Of a stretch of DNA of 64,000 bases, positions 25,495-38,972 are shown in pieces. The notes under the pieces are model-generated. The model was given only the letters and a program-made list of their open reading frames with translations, ran no database searches and was not told where the DNA came from. Location: positions 31,062,001-31,126,000 of the forward strand of contig OZ024747.1 of assembly GCA_964016885.1 (NCBI GenBank). Reading direction: 5' to 3'. This stretch comes from Eledone cirrhosa. Its lineage: Eukaryota. Each line of letters opens with the position of its first letter. Position 1 is the first letter of the stretch. The translations under genes were made by a program, and so were the position numbers.

Positions 25495-25830
25495 TAATAA
25501 TAATAATGCTTTCTTTATTAACCACAAGGGTTGACATAAAGTATAACATTAAGGACAGTACAGGATGGTACAAATGGGCATTTCTGCATGTAAAGAAAAA
25601 AACAATAATAAAGGAAATAACAAAAAAGGAAACAAAAGAAAATTCCCCAATAGGAGGGAGACTTCCGAGGGACACTTGTGCAGAAACCCCATTAAAAAGC
25701 CATGGTAACCCTGACCACCAGGGCAAATGCCCTCTCCCAGTTCTCCACTTCTAATTTACAGGCACATGCTCAGAGCAGGCCCATTCATTCAGGCTATGCT
25801 TGCCTCTTTCACCCATTTTTCAACAAATTG
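25495..25830 (-). mobile_element. Probable LINE (L1/Tx1-like) 3' remnant
   Basis: Minus strand shows a decayed ORF end (KWVKEASIA..GPALSMCL*), a T-rich UTR, AATAAA and a (TTA)n tail. The clade assignment is tentative. Confidence 0.35.
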
Positions 25831-25849
25831 CTGGGAATAATAATATTAA

Positions 25850-26253
25850 TAATTGTTTCTACTATAGGCCCAAAGCCAGCAATCTAGGGGGAGGGGAAAG
25901 TTGATTAAAGTGCATTACTGGTACTTTATTTTATCAATCTCATAAGGATGAAAGGCAAAGCTAACCTCAGTAGGATTTGAACCCAGAAAGTAAAGGGAAT
26001 ATGTCTATGCCGGAAAGATTATTGCCTGAAATAATGGTTTCTGATTTAGGCACTAGGCCCACAATTTTGGGGGAAGGGAAAGACAATTAAATCGACCCTA
26101 GTGTGTTACTGGTACTTTATCTTATCTTCCCTGTAAGGATGAAAGGTAAAGCTAACCACAGTAGGATTTGAACACAGAATGTAAATGGCTGTAATTATAT
26201 GCCACAAAGTATATGTCTGAAGCTCTGCTGATTCTGCCAAATCCACCGCCCTT
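25850..26253 (-). mobile_element. Two adjacent SINE family 1 copies
   Basis: TTACTGGTACTTTAT...GGATGAAAGG...GGATTTGAAC occurs twice; ends CCAAATCCACCGCCCTTA. Confidence 0.75.
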
Positions 26254-26917
26254 AAACAGGAAGAAATAATAACAATAGTCTCATCTTGATCAAAGGACAC
26301 ACTTATGTGGTTGTAGTAGTTTATCATATCATATAATGTTGCAAAACATATTATCTTATTTAGAGGAGAAAGAATGAATGTTATTGTATTATTCTCCTGT
26401 TACTGGTTAGCCATGACACAATTCAGCCTTCTTATATTTATTATCAACATGAAATTTCGTGTAACAATAAATCTTGTTACAATACAATAAATTACTTGAC
26501 AACTTGTCAGTTCTATAAATCATGCCAAAGTATATTTTATGGGAAAATACTTTAAAATTAATTGATATTCTATAGCTTCAAAAGATCTGCTAACTTAACC
26601 AACAAAGCTTTGAAAATAATGTTTTGAATTTGCCTTTCTTCTTCATTTACTAATTATTTTACTGAAAAATAAGCCAGTATAAATTTTCAAGAAATGCCCA
26701 AGTAAAATATTTAACAATATAGTTGAAAAGGAAAGGTGATTCAATTTTTTTAACGTTTGTATAGAAACAGAGAAAAAAAGGTTAGAACTGTTTTATATAT
26801 CCTAACATAATCCTTTTAAATTGAAATTCATTTTAAACATTAACTGAGAGAAAGTGAAGTGTTTGCATCTTCTTTCATTGAGAAAATTGAATAAGTAGTT
26901 TTGTGTGCCTGTGCATT

Positions 26918-27757
<840 letters not shown>

Positions 27758-28638
27758 TATATATATATGTTTATCTTTCATTCTGTTTCTCTCTCTTACA
27801 TTTCTCCTACACTTACTTTCTCTCTATTTATTACCCCCCCCCCCCCACACACACACACACACTCACTTTCTCTCTCACTATGTCACCTTGTTTTATTTAT
27901 TAATCTGAAGAAGAAGGGAAGCATCAATGTTTTTTTTTTTCAAATAGACCCTCTTGAACATGGATATCAGCAGGATTGATGGTGGCCTCTCTGATTGATT
28001 GGTATTTAATATAGATTTCCATAAATTTTAGTTGTTCAAGAGCACTCATAATCTAAGGGTTCCAAGGAGAATTAGAACTGACATGAAATTATTTTGAAAA
28101 ATAATAAGTTTGAAATTTGGAAGGTAAAACAGTAGTTTAGACAATTAAATGAAAGTTCACGGTGACATAACAACCTCAGAGGTTTTGACAAGATCGTACT
28201 AATTATATAAGAAGCAAAATAAGGACAATTGTCAACACCAAACGAGAATGTGGTAAAGTGTTTGTGTTATCATCCTTGTTTTTATGTTTGTTTTTCCAAG
28301 ATAGCATGGGTTGGAGGAGACTTATTTGTTTTAAGCAGTATTCCATAGCTAGATGCTCATCCTGATGTCAATCTTTATTTGTTTTTAAGTACTGATCTTC
28401 ATATATTTAACCAGTGTGTTAGGGGTGTCAAATGTGAAGAACTGGTAACAATCACACACATAGACTCACATATGCATACACATATACCCAACTTCATATA
28501 TGCATTTATATTTAAATTCTATCTCACTATATGGTAGTTTGGGCAGGTGTCTTGTACTATTATCTCCAGCTAACCTTGTGAACGAATCTGGTAGAGAGAA
28601 ACTGCATAGAAGCCCCTTGTATATATATATATATATAT

Positions 28639-29230
28639 AGTAATAATAATAAATTTGAAGACTAAAATCCAAAGAGGGCTCGATAAGGATAAATATATAT
28701 CAAATATATAAGAACCATAGAGCAAATATTTATTAAAATAACAGATTAAAGTTTAAGCAAAGAATCGCTGCTTTCACTCTTAACGGGATCTTCTGAAACT
28801 AACAAAGTCAATCTGTAAACGCAGAAGTGGATATTTAAAAAAACGTTGCAACCGGAGGAAGACAGGAAGACGATACTTTGGTTCGTGGAAACGTTCCCTG
28901 GCAAAGAACGGGAAAAAACGAATATAATACGCCATTAATAGGAGCGGTGAAAAACAATTACACGCAAAGACAGAACCACGTTTATGGTATAAAAGAAGTC
29001 GTAGACTAATGTTCTCTTAGGTGGTTCATAGAGACGTTCTCTGGCAATGAACGAAAAAAACGAAGATAATACGTCATATGTAGAGCGTGGAGAACAATGG
29101 CACGCACAGATGAAACCACGTAAATGGTGTAGCTGAAGTCATAGACTAAATTCTAACTAGGAAACCGAATGAATCTCCGCTTCAGAGTAAAGAATAAAGT
29201 AAATAAATCCAATACAGAGGTAATAGAAAT
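28639..29230. repeat. Unclassified interspersed repeat with an internal diverged ~143-bp tandem duplication
   Basis: Its first ~135 bp recur at 41843-41984; 28891-29010 resembles 29034-29150. Confidence 0.6.
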
Positions 29231-29574
29231 TAAATAAATGCATACACGCATGCAAATACGTACATACACAAGCATACGCAAAACACTTGCCATAGGTATA
29301 CAAAACCACACACATATAAATATGTGTGTGTGTGTGCGTGTATACAAATAAATAAATAATTAAATAAACGTATATAAATAAATAAATATGTATATAACAA
29401 GCGCACACACATACCTACATGTAAATACACAAATGTTCGGAGACGTAAGTCAACCAAAACATGAAGTACACATATACACACACCCTACATACGTACAAAC
29501 CTGCATACTCACGCAGACGCAAAACTCCCGTATACACATAACCAAACCATATGTACCATATATATATATATATA

Positions 29575-32500
29575 TTCCGGGATGGCTGCTTTCATGGTAT
29601 AATGTAACGTACAAATATTTCTTCATTCTTCTCTCCATTTTAATTCCTTAGTCCATTCGTCATTCTCTATCATTTTTCCCCAAATCCAATCTTTGCCTTT
29701 CTACTCGATACTCTGTCGTATTTTCCAAAACAAATCTTGTATTTTTGTTTATGCTTGTTAAATTATGCCCAAAATTCTTATTTAAACCCAACCTTCTCGC
29801 TAACTACCCAATATCCCACCCACCCGCCTCAACGCACCACCATTATTACGTGGACCAATCATAAGTCAGAGGCCTATACTATCACTTACCTGGTTGCCTT
29901 TCGATATGATGGATGGACTACGGAATTCTGGAGAGTTGAAAAGAAAAATCTGGACGCTCAGCGATAATGCCAAAGATAAAGACAAATTCACTTCGTGGAC
30001 GAGAATGCAAGCACTCCTCTTTGTTTCGGCCGTGGATGGCTAATATAAACCCACCCCCACCCCCCAAACGCAATCCAAAACTTCAGAGTTGGTACCATGA
30101 ATGTAGGCACCTTAAAGGGTCGCTCTAACGAGGTTGTAGAAAAGCTTGAAGGAGATCGATGTTTGTTGTATTCAAGAGACCAGGTGGAGGGGTGGGTCTG
30201 CTAGATTCATCGTGGGTAAAGAACGATGCTATAAGCTTTTCTGGGTGGGAAATGACAATGGGCTGGGTGGAGTAGGAATCATGGTAGCAGAAAAGTGGGC
30301 AGATAAGATAATAGACGTAAATAGAGTGAACGACAGAATAATTAAAATAAGACTTGTCCTCAATAGAACTACGGTGACAGTAATATCTGTGTACGCACCC
30401 CAATCCGGACTGCCCGGCACTATAAAAGACAGATTCTATGAGACACTGATGCTCACTACCTCCCAAATAACCGACAGTGACTATATAATTATTGCAGGTG
30501 ACCTAAATGGTCACGTTGGACAACATTGTGACGGCTATGACGGAATCCATGGAGGCTATGGGTTTGGTACTAGAAATGTGTGACGCAAATAACCTAACTA
30601 TCTGTAACACTAACTTCAAAAAACGAGACAATCACCTGAGCACCTATAGATCGGGGGAACACACAAGCCAGGTAGATCATATCCTTACCAGGAGACGTGA
30701 CAGAGTGTCTGTTGTAAACACTAAATCCCTTCCCCATGAAGAATGCACGTCTCAACATAGACTCATAATCAGCGGCCTCATAGTCAGGATGAGACGTATT
30801 CGACAACAGAAGAGGACTATCCTCAGGAGAAAAATATGGAAATTAAAGGACCCCACAGCCAGTCATAAATTCAAAAGCATATTACTTGATGCTTTTGATA
30901 GTAAGGAAGAGCAATTAGAGTCGTACAATATAGAGGAACAGTGGGAATTCCTGAAAGCTAACCTGCTGAAGGCGACAGATGAAACCTGTGGCTGGAGCAG
31001 GCCTATAGGCAGGAGGAGAGTAACTTGGTGGTGGAACAGTAAGGTAGAGAGGTCAATCAAGGCCAAAAAGCAGGCTTGGAAAGCATGGCGGGATGGGGGA
31101 AGTAGAGAAAACTATCAAGTGACCAGGAGGGAAGCTAGGAGACAAGTGTACTTCGCAAGAAGGGAAGCAGAGGAAAGAAAGTTCAAGCATGTTCTACAAC
31201 GCGAGGACCAAAAACGTGAGGTGTTCAGGATTGCTAGGCAATGTGTCAAGGAAAACAGTGATATTGTCGGGGAGAAGTGTGTCCTAAATGATGATGGTGT
31301 ACTTGCCATCACTGACGCTGATAAGAAGGTAGCTTGGAAGTGTCACTACAAAAGGCTACTAAATGAGGAGAATAATTGGGAGAAAGACAGTCTCCCCCAC
31401 ATCGACCCAATAGAGGGACCAGCAGTGCAAGTTGAAGGTAGTATAATAAGTAAGGCGATCAAACACATGAAGACGGGCAAGGCGGCCGGGCCTTCGGAAA
31501 GAGTTGCCGAAATGCTGAAAGTATCTGGAACGGTGGGACACACTATGGTCACCCGGATAGACTGGCGCAGCAGCATCATCATTAACTGCTACAAGGGTAA
31601 AGGTTATGCCCTAGATAGGGGAAACTATAGAGGCATTAAATTAATTGACCAGGTCATGAAGGTCACAGAAAAAGTAATAGCGCAACTAATCAGAGAGCGA
31701 ATTGATCTAGACGAAATGCAGTTCGGGTTTGTGTCAGTTAAAAGTACAACAGACGCTCTTTTCATTGTACGACAACTACAGGAGAAGTACCTAGCTAAAA
31801 GTAAACCCCTATACTTAGCTTTTGTCGACTTGGAGAAAGCCTTTGACAGAGTACCCCGCTCAATTATATGGTGGGTCCTTAGAAAACTAGGTGTTGATGA
31901 ATGGCTTGTGAGAGCTATACAAGCCATGTATAAAGAAACAGCCAGCAAGGTTAGAATTAACAACGGATATAGTGAAGAGTTTAGCGTAAAAGTTGGTGTT
32001 CATCAGGGCTCCGTCCTTAGCCCCCTACTATTTTTTATTGCCCTTCAGGCTATAACAGAGGAGTTCAAGACCGACTGCCCACGGGAACTCCTATATGCAG
32101 ATGATCTAATCCTCATAGCTGAATCAATGGCTGAACTAGAGAAGAAATTCCAAACATGGAAGCATGGCCTAGAATCAAAAGGCCTTAAAGTTAACTTGTC
32201 TAAGACTAAAGTTCTAGTTTGTAGGAAGGAAAATAGGGCACCGGTCCCATCTGGGAAATGGCCATGCTCAGTGTGTAGGAAAGGAGGAGGTAGAAACTCC
32301 ATTTTATGTCCCAAATGCAAAGTATGGGTACATAAAAGATGTAGTGGGATCACAGGTAAACTATCTAAGAATATAGATTTTATATGTGGCCGGTGCTCTG
32401 GTGCAATAAGTAGCAGCAAGTGCCCACAGAATACTAACTCGTTCCATTGCACATATGGTTCTATAGAAATAGTGGACAGCTTCCGTTACCTGGGTGATAA

Positions 32501-33425
32501 AATCAGCAGTGGGGGAGGGTGCTCTGAAAGTACAGTAGCTAGGGTCAGAACGGGATGGAAAAAGTTCAGAGAGCTTATACCACTAATGGCCGCTAAAGGG
32601 TTCTCTCTAAAAATGAAGGGCAGGCTGTATGATGCCTGCATACGAACAGCAATGTTACATGGCAGTGAGACCTGGGCATTGTGTGCAGAGGATATACGCA
32701 GACTGGAGAGAAACGAAGCTTGCATGCTCCGCTGGATGTGTAATAGTAACATACATGAACGGCAAAGCATAAACATACTAAGGGAGAAATTAAAAATAAG
32801 AGGGATCAGATGTTGTTTACTCGAGAGAAGACTACGTTGGTATGGTCACGTGATGCGCATGAAAGACGACAGCTGTATAAAAAAGTGCAGGGCAATAAAA
32901 ATAGACGGTAGCCACGGAGTAGGCAGACCCAGAAAAACCTGGGACGACTTGATAAATTCTGAGCTCACACACTTACACCTCTCCAAGGCAATGTCACTGG
33001 ACCGAGAGCTTTGGCGCTACACAGTAATAGAGAAGACCCGCCTTACCTAAGTACAAAGTGAAACCTACTCCAACCAGTAGGCACCTCTAACAAAATACAC
33101 CCCGTCCCACTACCCCCACCCCATCAATGTAAAGTTATGTTGGTGTCACAACATCCAGCCCGAAACAAATGAGGTCGTGTAGGTGTCACGATAAAAAAAC
33201 ACACAGTCCACGCTGTAATGTGGCCGTGTAGGCAACACGGTAAAAACCTCCCAGTTCCACACTGTAAATGTGGTTGGTGTTGGGAAGGGCATCCAGCCAT
33301 AGAAAACCCGCCAGACAGTCCTATGCGAGCAAGACAACCACTCTTGCCTCAAGTGGGAAAACCCCCGTCCAAACCCATGCAAGCGTGGAATATGGACGTT
33401 AAACGATGATGATGATGATGATGAT
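29575..33425 (+). mobile_element. RTE family A, near full-length copy
   Basis: Begins after (TA)n. APE N-terminus (FRVGTMNVGTL, DVCCIQETRW, SVYAPQ, AGDLNGHVG), RT with YADD, 3' UTR and (GAT)n tail. The 5' boundary is approximate. Confidence 0.93.
29967..33050 (+). pseudogene. APE endonuclease-reverse transcriptase ORF with PHD-type insertion (frameshifted by small deletions)
   Basis: Pieces 30146..30583 and 30507..33050 (847 aa open). Small deletions near 30150, 30578 and 31560 relative to the sister copies. Confidence 0.9.
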
Positions 33426-36400
33426 ATATCATCATCATCATCATCATCATCATAGTTTTTCCAAACGTGTATGGGTTGGATGGGTATATATATACATTAC
33501 ACATAAAAAAAACTTCAGTAAATTTTCTTCTGTCTACCAGATCAAGCCACAAGTCAGCAAGAAGCAATAGTAAAAGACACATGCCCAAACTGTCATACAG
33601 TGAGATAGAATTCAAAGTCTTGTGGCTGAAGAAACAAAGTCTTTAAACATGGGCAATGCTGTGCCTATTGTGATTATACATGTCAAGTTAGTAACATTTC
33701 CTTTCAACCTTATGTTGTGATGGATGACCAAGTATAAGTTCAATCACTTTAAGAAGTTAATTTCACTTATGAATTGAAACATCTAGGGAGAAGTCGATTA
33801 TGTCTTGTGTGAGAGAGAACAATTTGCCTTTTATTTTAGGGATGCCAAATTTTTATTTCTAGGATATAATTACATGAAAATAATTGAATTGACCAGTATC
33901 TAGTAAAAACAAAACACACTATTAAAGGGAAGAAAAAAGGAAATGAGAAAATAAAGAAAACATAATCAAACAATGAATGAAAGGGAGAGGTTGAGAGACA
34001 GACATTATATATTAGTTTGAGCAGTGCCTCAGTCACACTGCATGGACAAAATGGCAAAGGCATTACCATAATGAATGACTAGAGACACCTGATGTAACAG
34101 CCACACCACCTCACAGGGCCTCCTCCTCAAGAGGACTACTAGGAAATGCTACACCAATGATGCTGCTCCATTGGAATCCCTTCAATGTAATCTAGTATAC
34201 CATTATAGAGGTTGATTCTATGTTATATATATTGTATATGATGAATAGACTGGGTGCATTGTAGATTTGATTTCTTGCAGTATTATATATTTTCTGGTAA
34301 TATTGAATTTTGAAGGGTTGAGCAAGCCGGGCTTTAGAAACAAGGCTTACTTAACAATACTAGTAAGTTAGAATAGAAATTTAGAAGTAAATATATTTTT
34401 ATATATTCAAATCAAGTATCATAGCATTTATTTAAAACTGTAATAATTTTTTTTTTAAATAGTCAGCTCTTAAAAAAACAGGCTAACAATCTAGGTTTGA
34501 ATTATGTTTGCAAAAGCCATTTTCATTTGTATTATGTATCTAATGCTCATTTAGCCTTCTTCTTTAGAAATCCTAAGATCCAAAGCTAATTGAAAAAGGC
34601 AACAAGAACCCATTCTTTACAGTTAAATAATTTCATAGCATGCTATGTACAAAAATGGCTTGGCTTTTTTAGCATTTCGAACAAAATTTGAACTGATGTG
34701 TAAAAATCATAAGGATTTAGGAAAATCTTATTGACTTATATTATTTTGACATCGATAAAGCACTGGAATTTTCTGGAAGGCTGATTTATTTTCCTGTAAA
34801 TTCTGACTAAAAAAAAAAAAAAAAAAAAAATCTAATTTATTTTCTTATTCATTTCTGTTCTTCAGAAATAATTTTGTGTAAGTTTTGTAAAAGTCAAGAA
34901 TAAATAGATATAAGACTGATCGTCCCAAAATAGACCAAGTGCTAGTATGCTTGGTTATAAGTCTACTGAAGAAATAGAATATACCAAAGATATAAGAGAA
35001 TATCCTCTGGAAAAGTTAATCAGATGTAGTTGGCTCCTGTCTGTAAACATAAAGAAAGTTATTGTTGTAGAGTTTCCCCAAGTTTATTGTTACTGAAGCT
35101 GGCCTAAAGGTAGATGTACGATATATGAAAATATCAATCTCATAATTGCAACAAATTTCTATCATTATGTTTGTTGATGTTATTTCAGTCAGGTTATCAT
35201 GTTATGCTATATGATATATTATCTAAATGAAAACTACTGGTTTTATACTGAAGTGAATATTACACTGACTTAAACAAATATAAGAAACATGAAAATAAGT
35301 GTAAAATTGCTAGAGGCCAAAAACTATTGAGAAAATTGTAATTTATGAGAACAGTGTACTAAAATTATATACTGATTGTGGACATGACCAGTCATTCAAA
35401 AGGCTTTGCTACAGTTTGGTTAATACTTATTTGAAATTGAAATCCCACCATTATTGACTTTGACATCAATTCTTTTAATAAGATGAGCAATAGGAATATA
35501 GTGAAGAATAATTTTCTTGAATATATATATATATATATATAGTGTAGGTGATTCTATATATATATAATAAATATTCCCAATGTATATGTGGAGGTAACCA
35601 CAGTTAAAAAGGGTATTACTTACATTATATAGGCATCTTTATTTTATTATAGTAATGACTTCTACAAGACTAGAACTGTTTCATTTGTAATAAAGCATCA
35701 GGATGATTTCTTACTCCATGGTGTAGAGAGACTATTTAGTTGTCTGCTGTTAGTGTCATGATGAAATGTAGTCTGTATATTTTTGTAAAATGGTTGGAGC
35801 AACTCTTTAGTGTTGCTGAGGACACAACTAATCTTTTAGTGCACCCTGTATAATCTGTAAAATGGTTGGTATTAAAACTGTACAAGTGAGACATGGTCTC
35901 ACTCAACCCATCAATGTTGCTAGTAACATTGAATAGGAACTGTATTGAACTATGAACAACCCATCAAACACATGCTAACATAGAAAATGGATATAAAATA
36001 AAGATGACGATGTTAATGACAATGATGATGATTATATAACTCTACTTTTATATTCTGAGTGTGATTAAATTTTAAACATTGGAATCAAACAAGAAACACT
36101 AAAATAGGTATTCACAAATTACTTAAGCTTACACATCACAGATATAAGTGATACAGTTAACATTAAACACACTCATTTAAACTAACAACCAACACATTGT
36201 ATAGTTGTTTTTCTTGTTTAGAATGAGAAATAAATTAATGTGCAGGAATACTATATAAAGTAAAATAATATTGCCCCTTAGCATACACTTAATTGAAACA
36301 AAGGAAATGTTTTATTTTGATGTTTGCATTCCTTATGTTTTATACTCAAACTTATATAAATATGACAGATTGCAAAACAATTGAAATCAACAAATTGCGA

Positions 36401-36534
36401 TTGTGTATTTATTTTAAAATGTCTTCTGTTTAAAAATAAAAAATAAGTTTGCAGAGGCACATTCATTATGAACAAATTCTCTAAATATGTATACACTGTC
36501 GATGTTTAGATTCTAAAATTATTATATAATATAG

Positions 36535-36810
36535 CATGTGGTATAGTAGTAAGGGTGTTGGATTATGATCATTATCACGTGTGTTCGATTTCTGGATTAG
36601 GTTGGGTTGTGTGATATGATCTTGAGCAAAAACTTTAAATTCCCATTGCTCCAGTATACTCATCTGAAAATAAGTACCAGCAATAGCTGGGGTCTTAACC
36701 TTGAGATGGTCGGGCATACTATTCAGGGGGGGTACTCTCAGATGCTTAGCACCGCAGAAACCAGGATAAGCACCAGCCTGCAGAGCCTACAGGCTTGAGA
36801 CAGACTTAAG
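36535..36810 (+). mobile_element. tRNA-derived SINE, family 2
   Basis: TGGTATAGTAG A-box-like, GTTCGATT B-box-like, CTTGAGCAAAAACTTT..ATTGCTCCAG..CTGAAAATAAGTACCAGC..AGAAACCAGGATAAGCACCAGCCTG. Confidence 0.7.
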
Positions 36811-36902
36811 ACTCTTTAGACTTTTGCTCTATGAATATTAAGTTGGATGCTTTGTATAAAGACAAGTATCAAACTGTGACAAGCAAATTACCCTATTTTT
36901 AA

Positions 36903-37343
36903 CCCTTTTGATACCAATCCATCCAAAACTACCTCTCATTCTATGAATGGAAACATCCATTTTGAATGGTTCATATTTAAATTAAAATCTGCCAATCTAA
37001 TCAATCCAATCCAGGAATCCCACCCTTGTTGACCCCCACTACATTCTGTGTGGTTTTGATCAATTCAGGGGTGTTGCCGTAATCATCACATTTGGCCAAT
37101 TGCAGGTTGATGTGGCTATTTAACCCATAGTTGGGGTGGATGGCTGTTGAGTCCAATCAGTTCATCCCCCTTTTGAACATCTCGTTTGTTTTGTTGCCAC
37201 CATAATTATATATAGGAATCGCTTGCTAAGTTGTGTTAGAAATTCAATTTGAATAATGGAATAATTAATAATTTTAGTAAATCCCTCAAAAATCTTCATT
37301 GATTAATTCAAATAAAGTGATTAGAAATATAGTCATGAAAGGA
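36903..37343 (+). mobile_element. piggyBac-like non-autonomous element with a ~220-bp internal insertion
   Basis: TTAA|CCCTTTTG...GAAAGGA|TTAA; both ends are homologous to 55334-55569, with extra sequence at ~36997-37220. Confidence 0.6.
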
Positions 37344-37424
37344 TTAAGAAGAAAGGGTGTTCAATACTAATTCTAATAAGTTGAATAACTATATAGACTT
37401 TGCAGTGACTTGTTGCTATGCTTG

Positions 37425-37890
37425 TATATTGAGTGTATGTGGAATGATTGCATTCTGCATGTGTCTGGTATGGCTATTATGTGTAACTGCATTCTGTATG
37501 TTTGTATGGACTGACTGTATTATGTGTTTGTATGTATGTGTGTAGGGGTGGTGGTGACTGTATGGTGTGAGTGTGTGTGTGTATTGACTGTATTGTGTAT
37601 GTGTGTGTAGACTAATTCTGCGTCTGTGTGTGTATGTATGAGGATTGACCATATTGTGTGTGTGGAGCAACTGTATCGTGTGTATGTGGAATTATTACAT
37701 TGTGTGTGTGTGTTTGTGGAATGACCATATTGTGAATGTGTGTGGACTGACTGTATTGTATATGTGTTGTCTGTGTGTTTGTAGGTGGAATTTTTTGTGT
37801 ATGTGTGGTATATGTGTGTGTGCATGTGAAAGGACTGTATTGTATATATATGTGTGTGTGCCTTTGCACACACACATGTGGGTTTGGAAT
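37425..37890. repeat. Degenerate TG-rich low-complexity/minisatellite tract
   Basis: Recurrent GACTGTATTGTGTGTG-like units. Confidence 0.8.
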
Positions 37891-38191
37891 GACTAATTAG
37901 ATTAGTAAAGAATATGATAAATAAGATTCAGTGAGCAGCAGCAATATAGCAACATCAGAGAGAGTCCTTGAGAAGATGGATGTGTACTTTGGAAGGGCAT
38001 GTTATAAGTTACACATTCTAAAACATTGAGAGTTGCGATTGTGACATACAAACTTTGGAATGATTAATTTCGGTAGAGAGGAAATGAAAGATATATAAGC
38101 ATGAGAGAGGGGGAGGGATAGAGATGCAATATACAAAAAAAAATGGGTGTTGTTTTAAAGAGACCATTATGTATGTGTGTGTGTGTGTGAG

Positions 38192-38265
<74 letters not shown>

Positions 38266-38779
38266 AGTTAGAATGAAAGATCTAGGGGAATAAAAATATA
38301 AAAATATAGGAGAGAAAGAATGAGAGAGGGGAACATATAATGAAAGAACTAAGGAAATAGAAATGCAGAAAAAAAAACAGAAGAGAACAAGAGAGGATAT
38401 AATGAAAGAAATAGTGAAAAAAACAAAAAAAAAACAGAAGAGGAAGGGGATAAGAGAGAGACATTCATTATTATGACAGATATGTTAAAGGGTCAAAATG
38501 CAAAATAGCAAGAATTAACATTTTTGAGAAACCTCCAAATTTGGGCCTTTTTCTTTGCAGTATTTTTTTTCTGTTTGTTATCTGGTATTATGGTAATTTT
38601 GTTTAACTATCATACAACCTTTCTCCAATAGTTAGAGAACCCAACCACTACACATCTGTGTCAACACACATGCATCCTTCTTCAAGAACTAACTCCTCTC
38701 CCCCAAAACCATAACAAATAATGCAGGATATCATGTAATCAGATGTTCTACCAATTCTGTAAATCCAGCATTATGGACC

Positions 38780-38972
38780 AGGGCTGTGGATTTGCAGTAT
38801 CGGTAGAGGGTCTGACGCCATGCTTTGCAGCAAAAAGTTACGGCGCTTTATGGTCTGAGTTCAAATCCCGCCGAGGTTAACTTTGCCTTTCATCCTTACG
38901 GGGTCGATAAAATAAAGTACCAGTAATACACTGGGATAATTGCTGGCCTTGTGCCAAAGTAGAAACAATTAT
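38780..38972 (+). mobile_element. tRNA-derived SINE, family 1, with probable target-site duplication
   Basis: Full SINE body; ATTATGGACCAGGGCT occurs at both ~38770 and ~38968. Confidence 0.85.

Noticed and set aside
29884-29893. ACTTACCTGG matching the U1 snRNA 5' end
   Set aside because: Only 10 nt match; the following sequence is not U1.
29737-29969. Upstream ORF ending in TAATG overlapping the RTE start (coupled translation)
   Set aside because: Non-ATG start, no motifs, single copy, and the ATG is out of frame with the endonuclease in this copy; cannot be supported.
35665-35706. Hammerhead-like CTGATGC...GAAAC...GTC on the minus strand (a similar decayed motif lies at 53332-53370)
   Set aside because: Core mismatches and no stem I pairing; at most dead relics.
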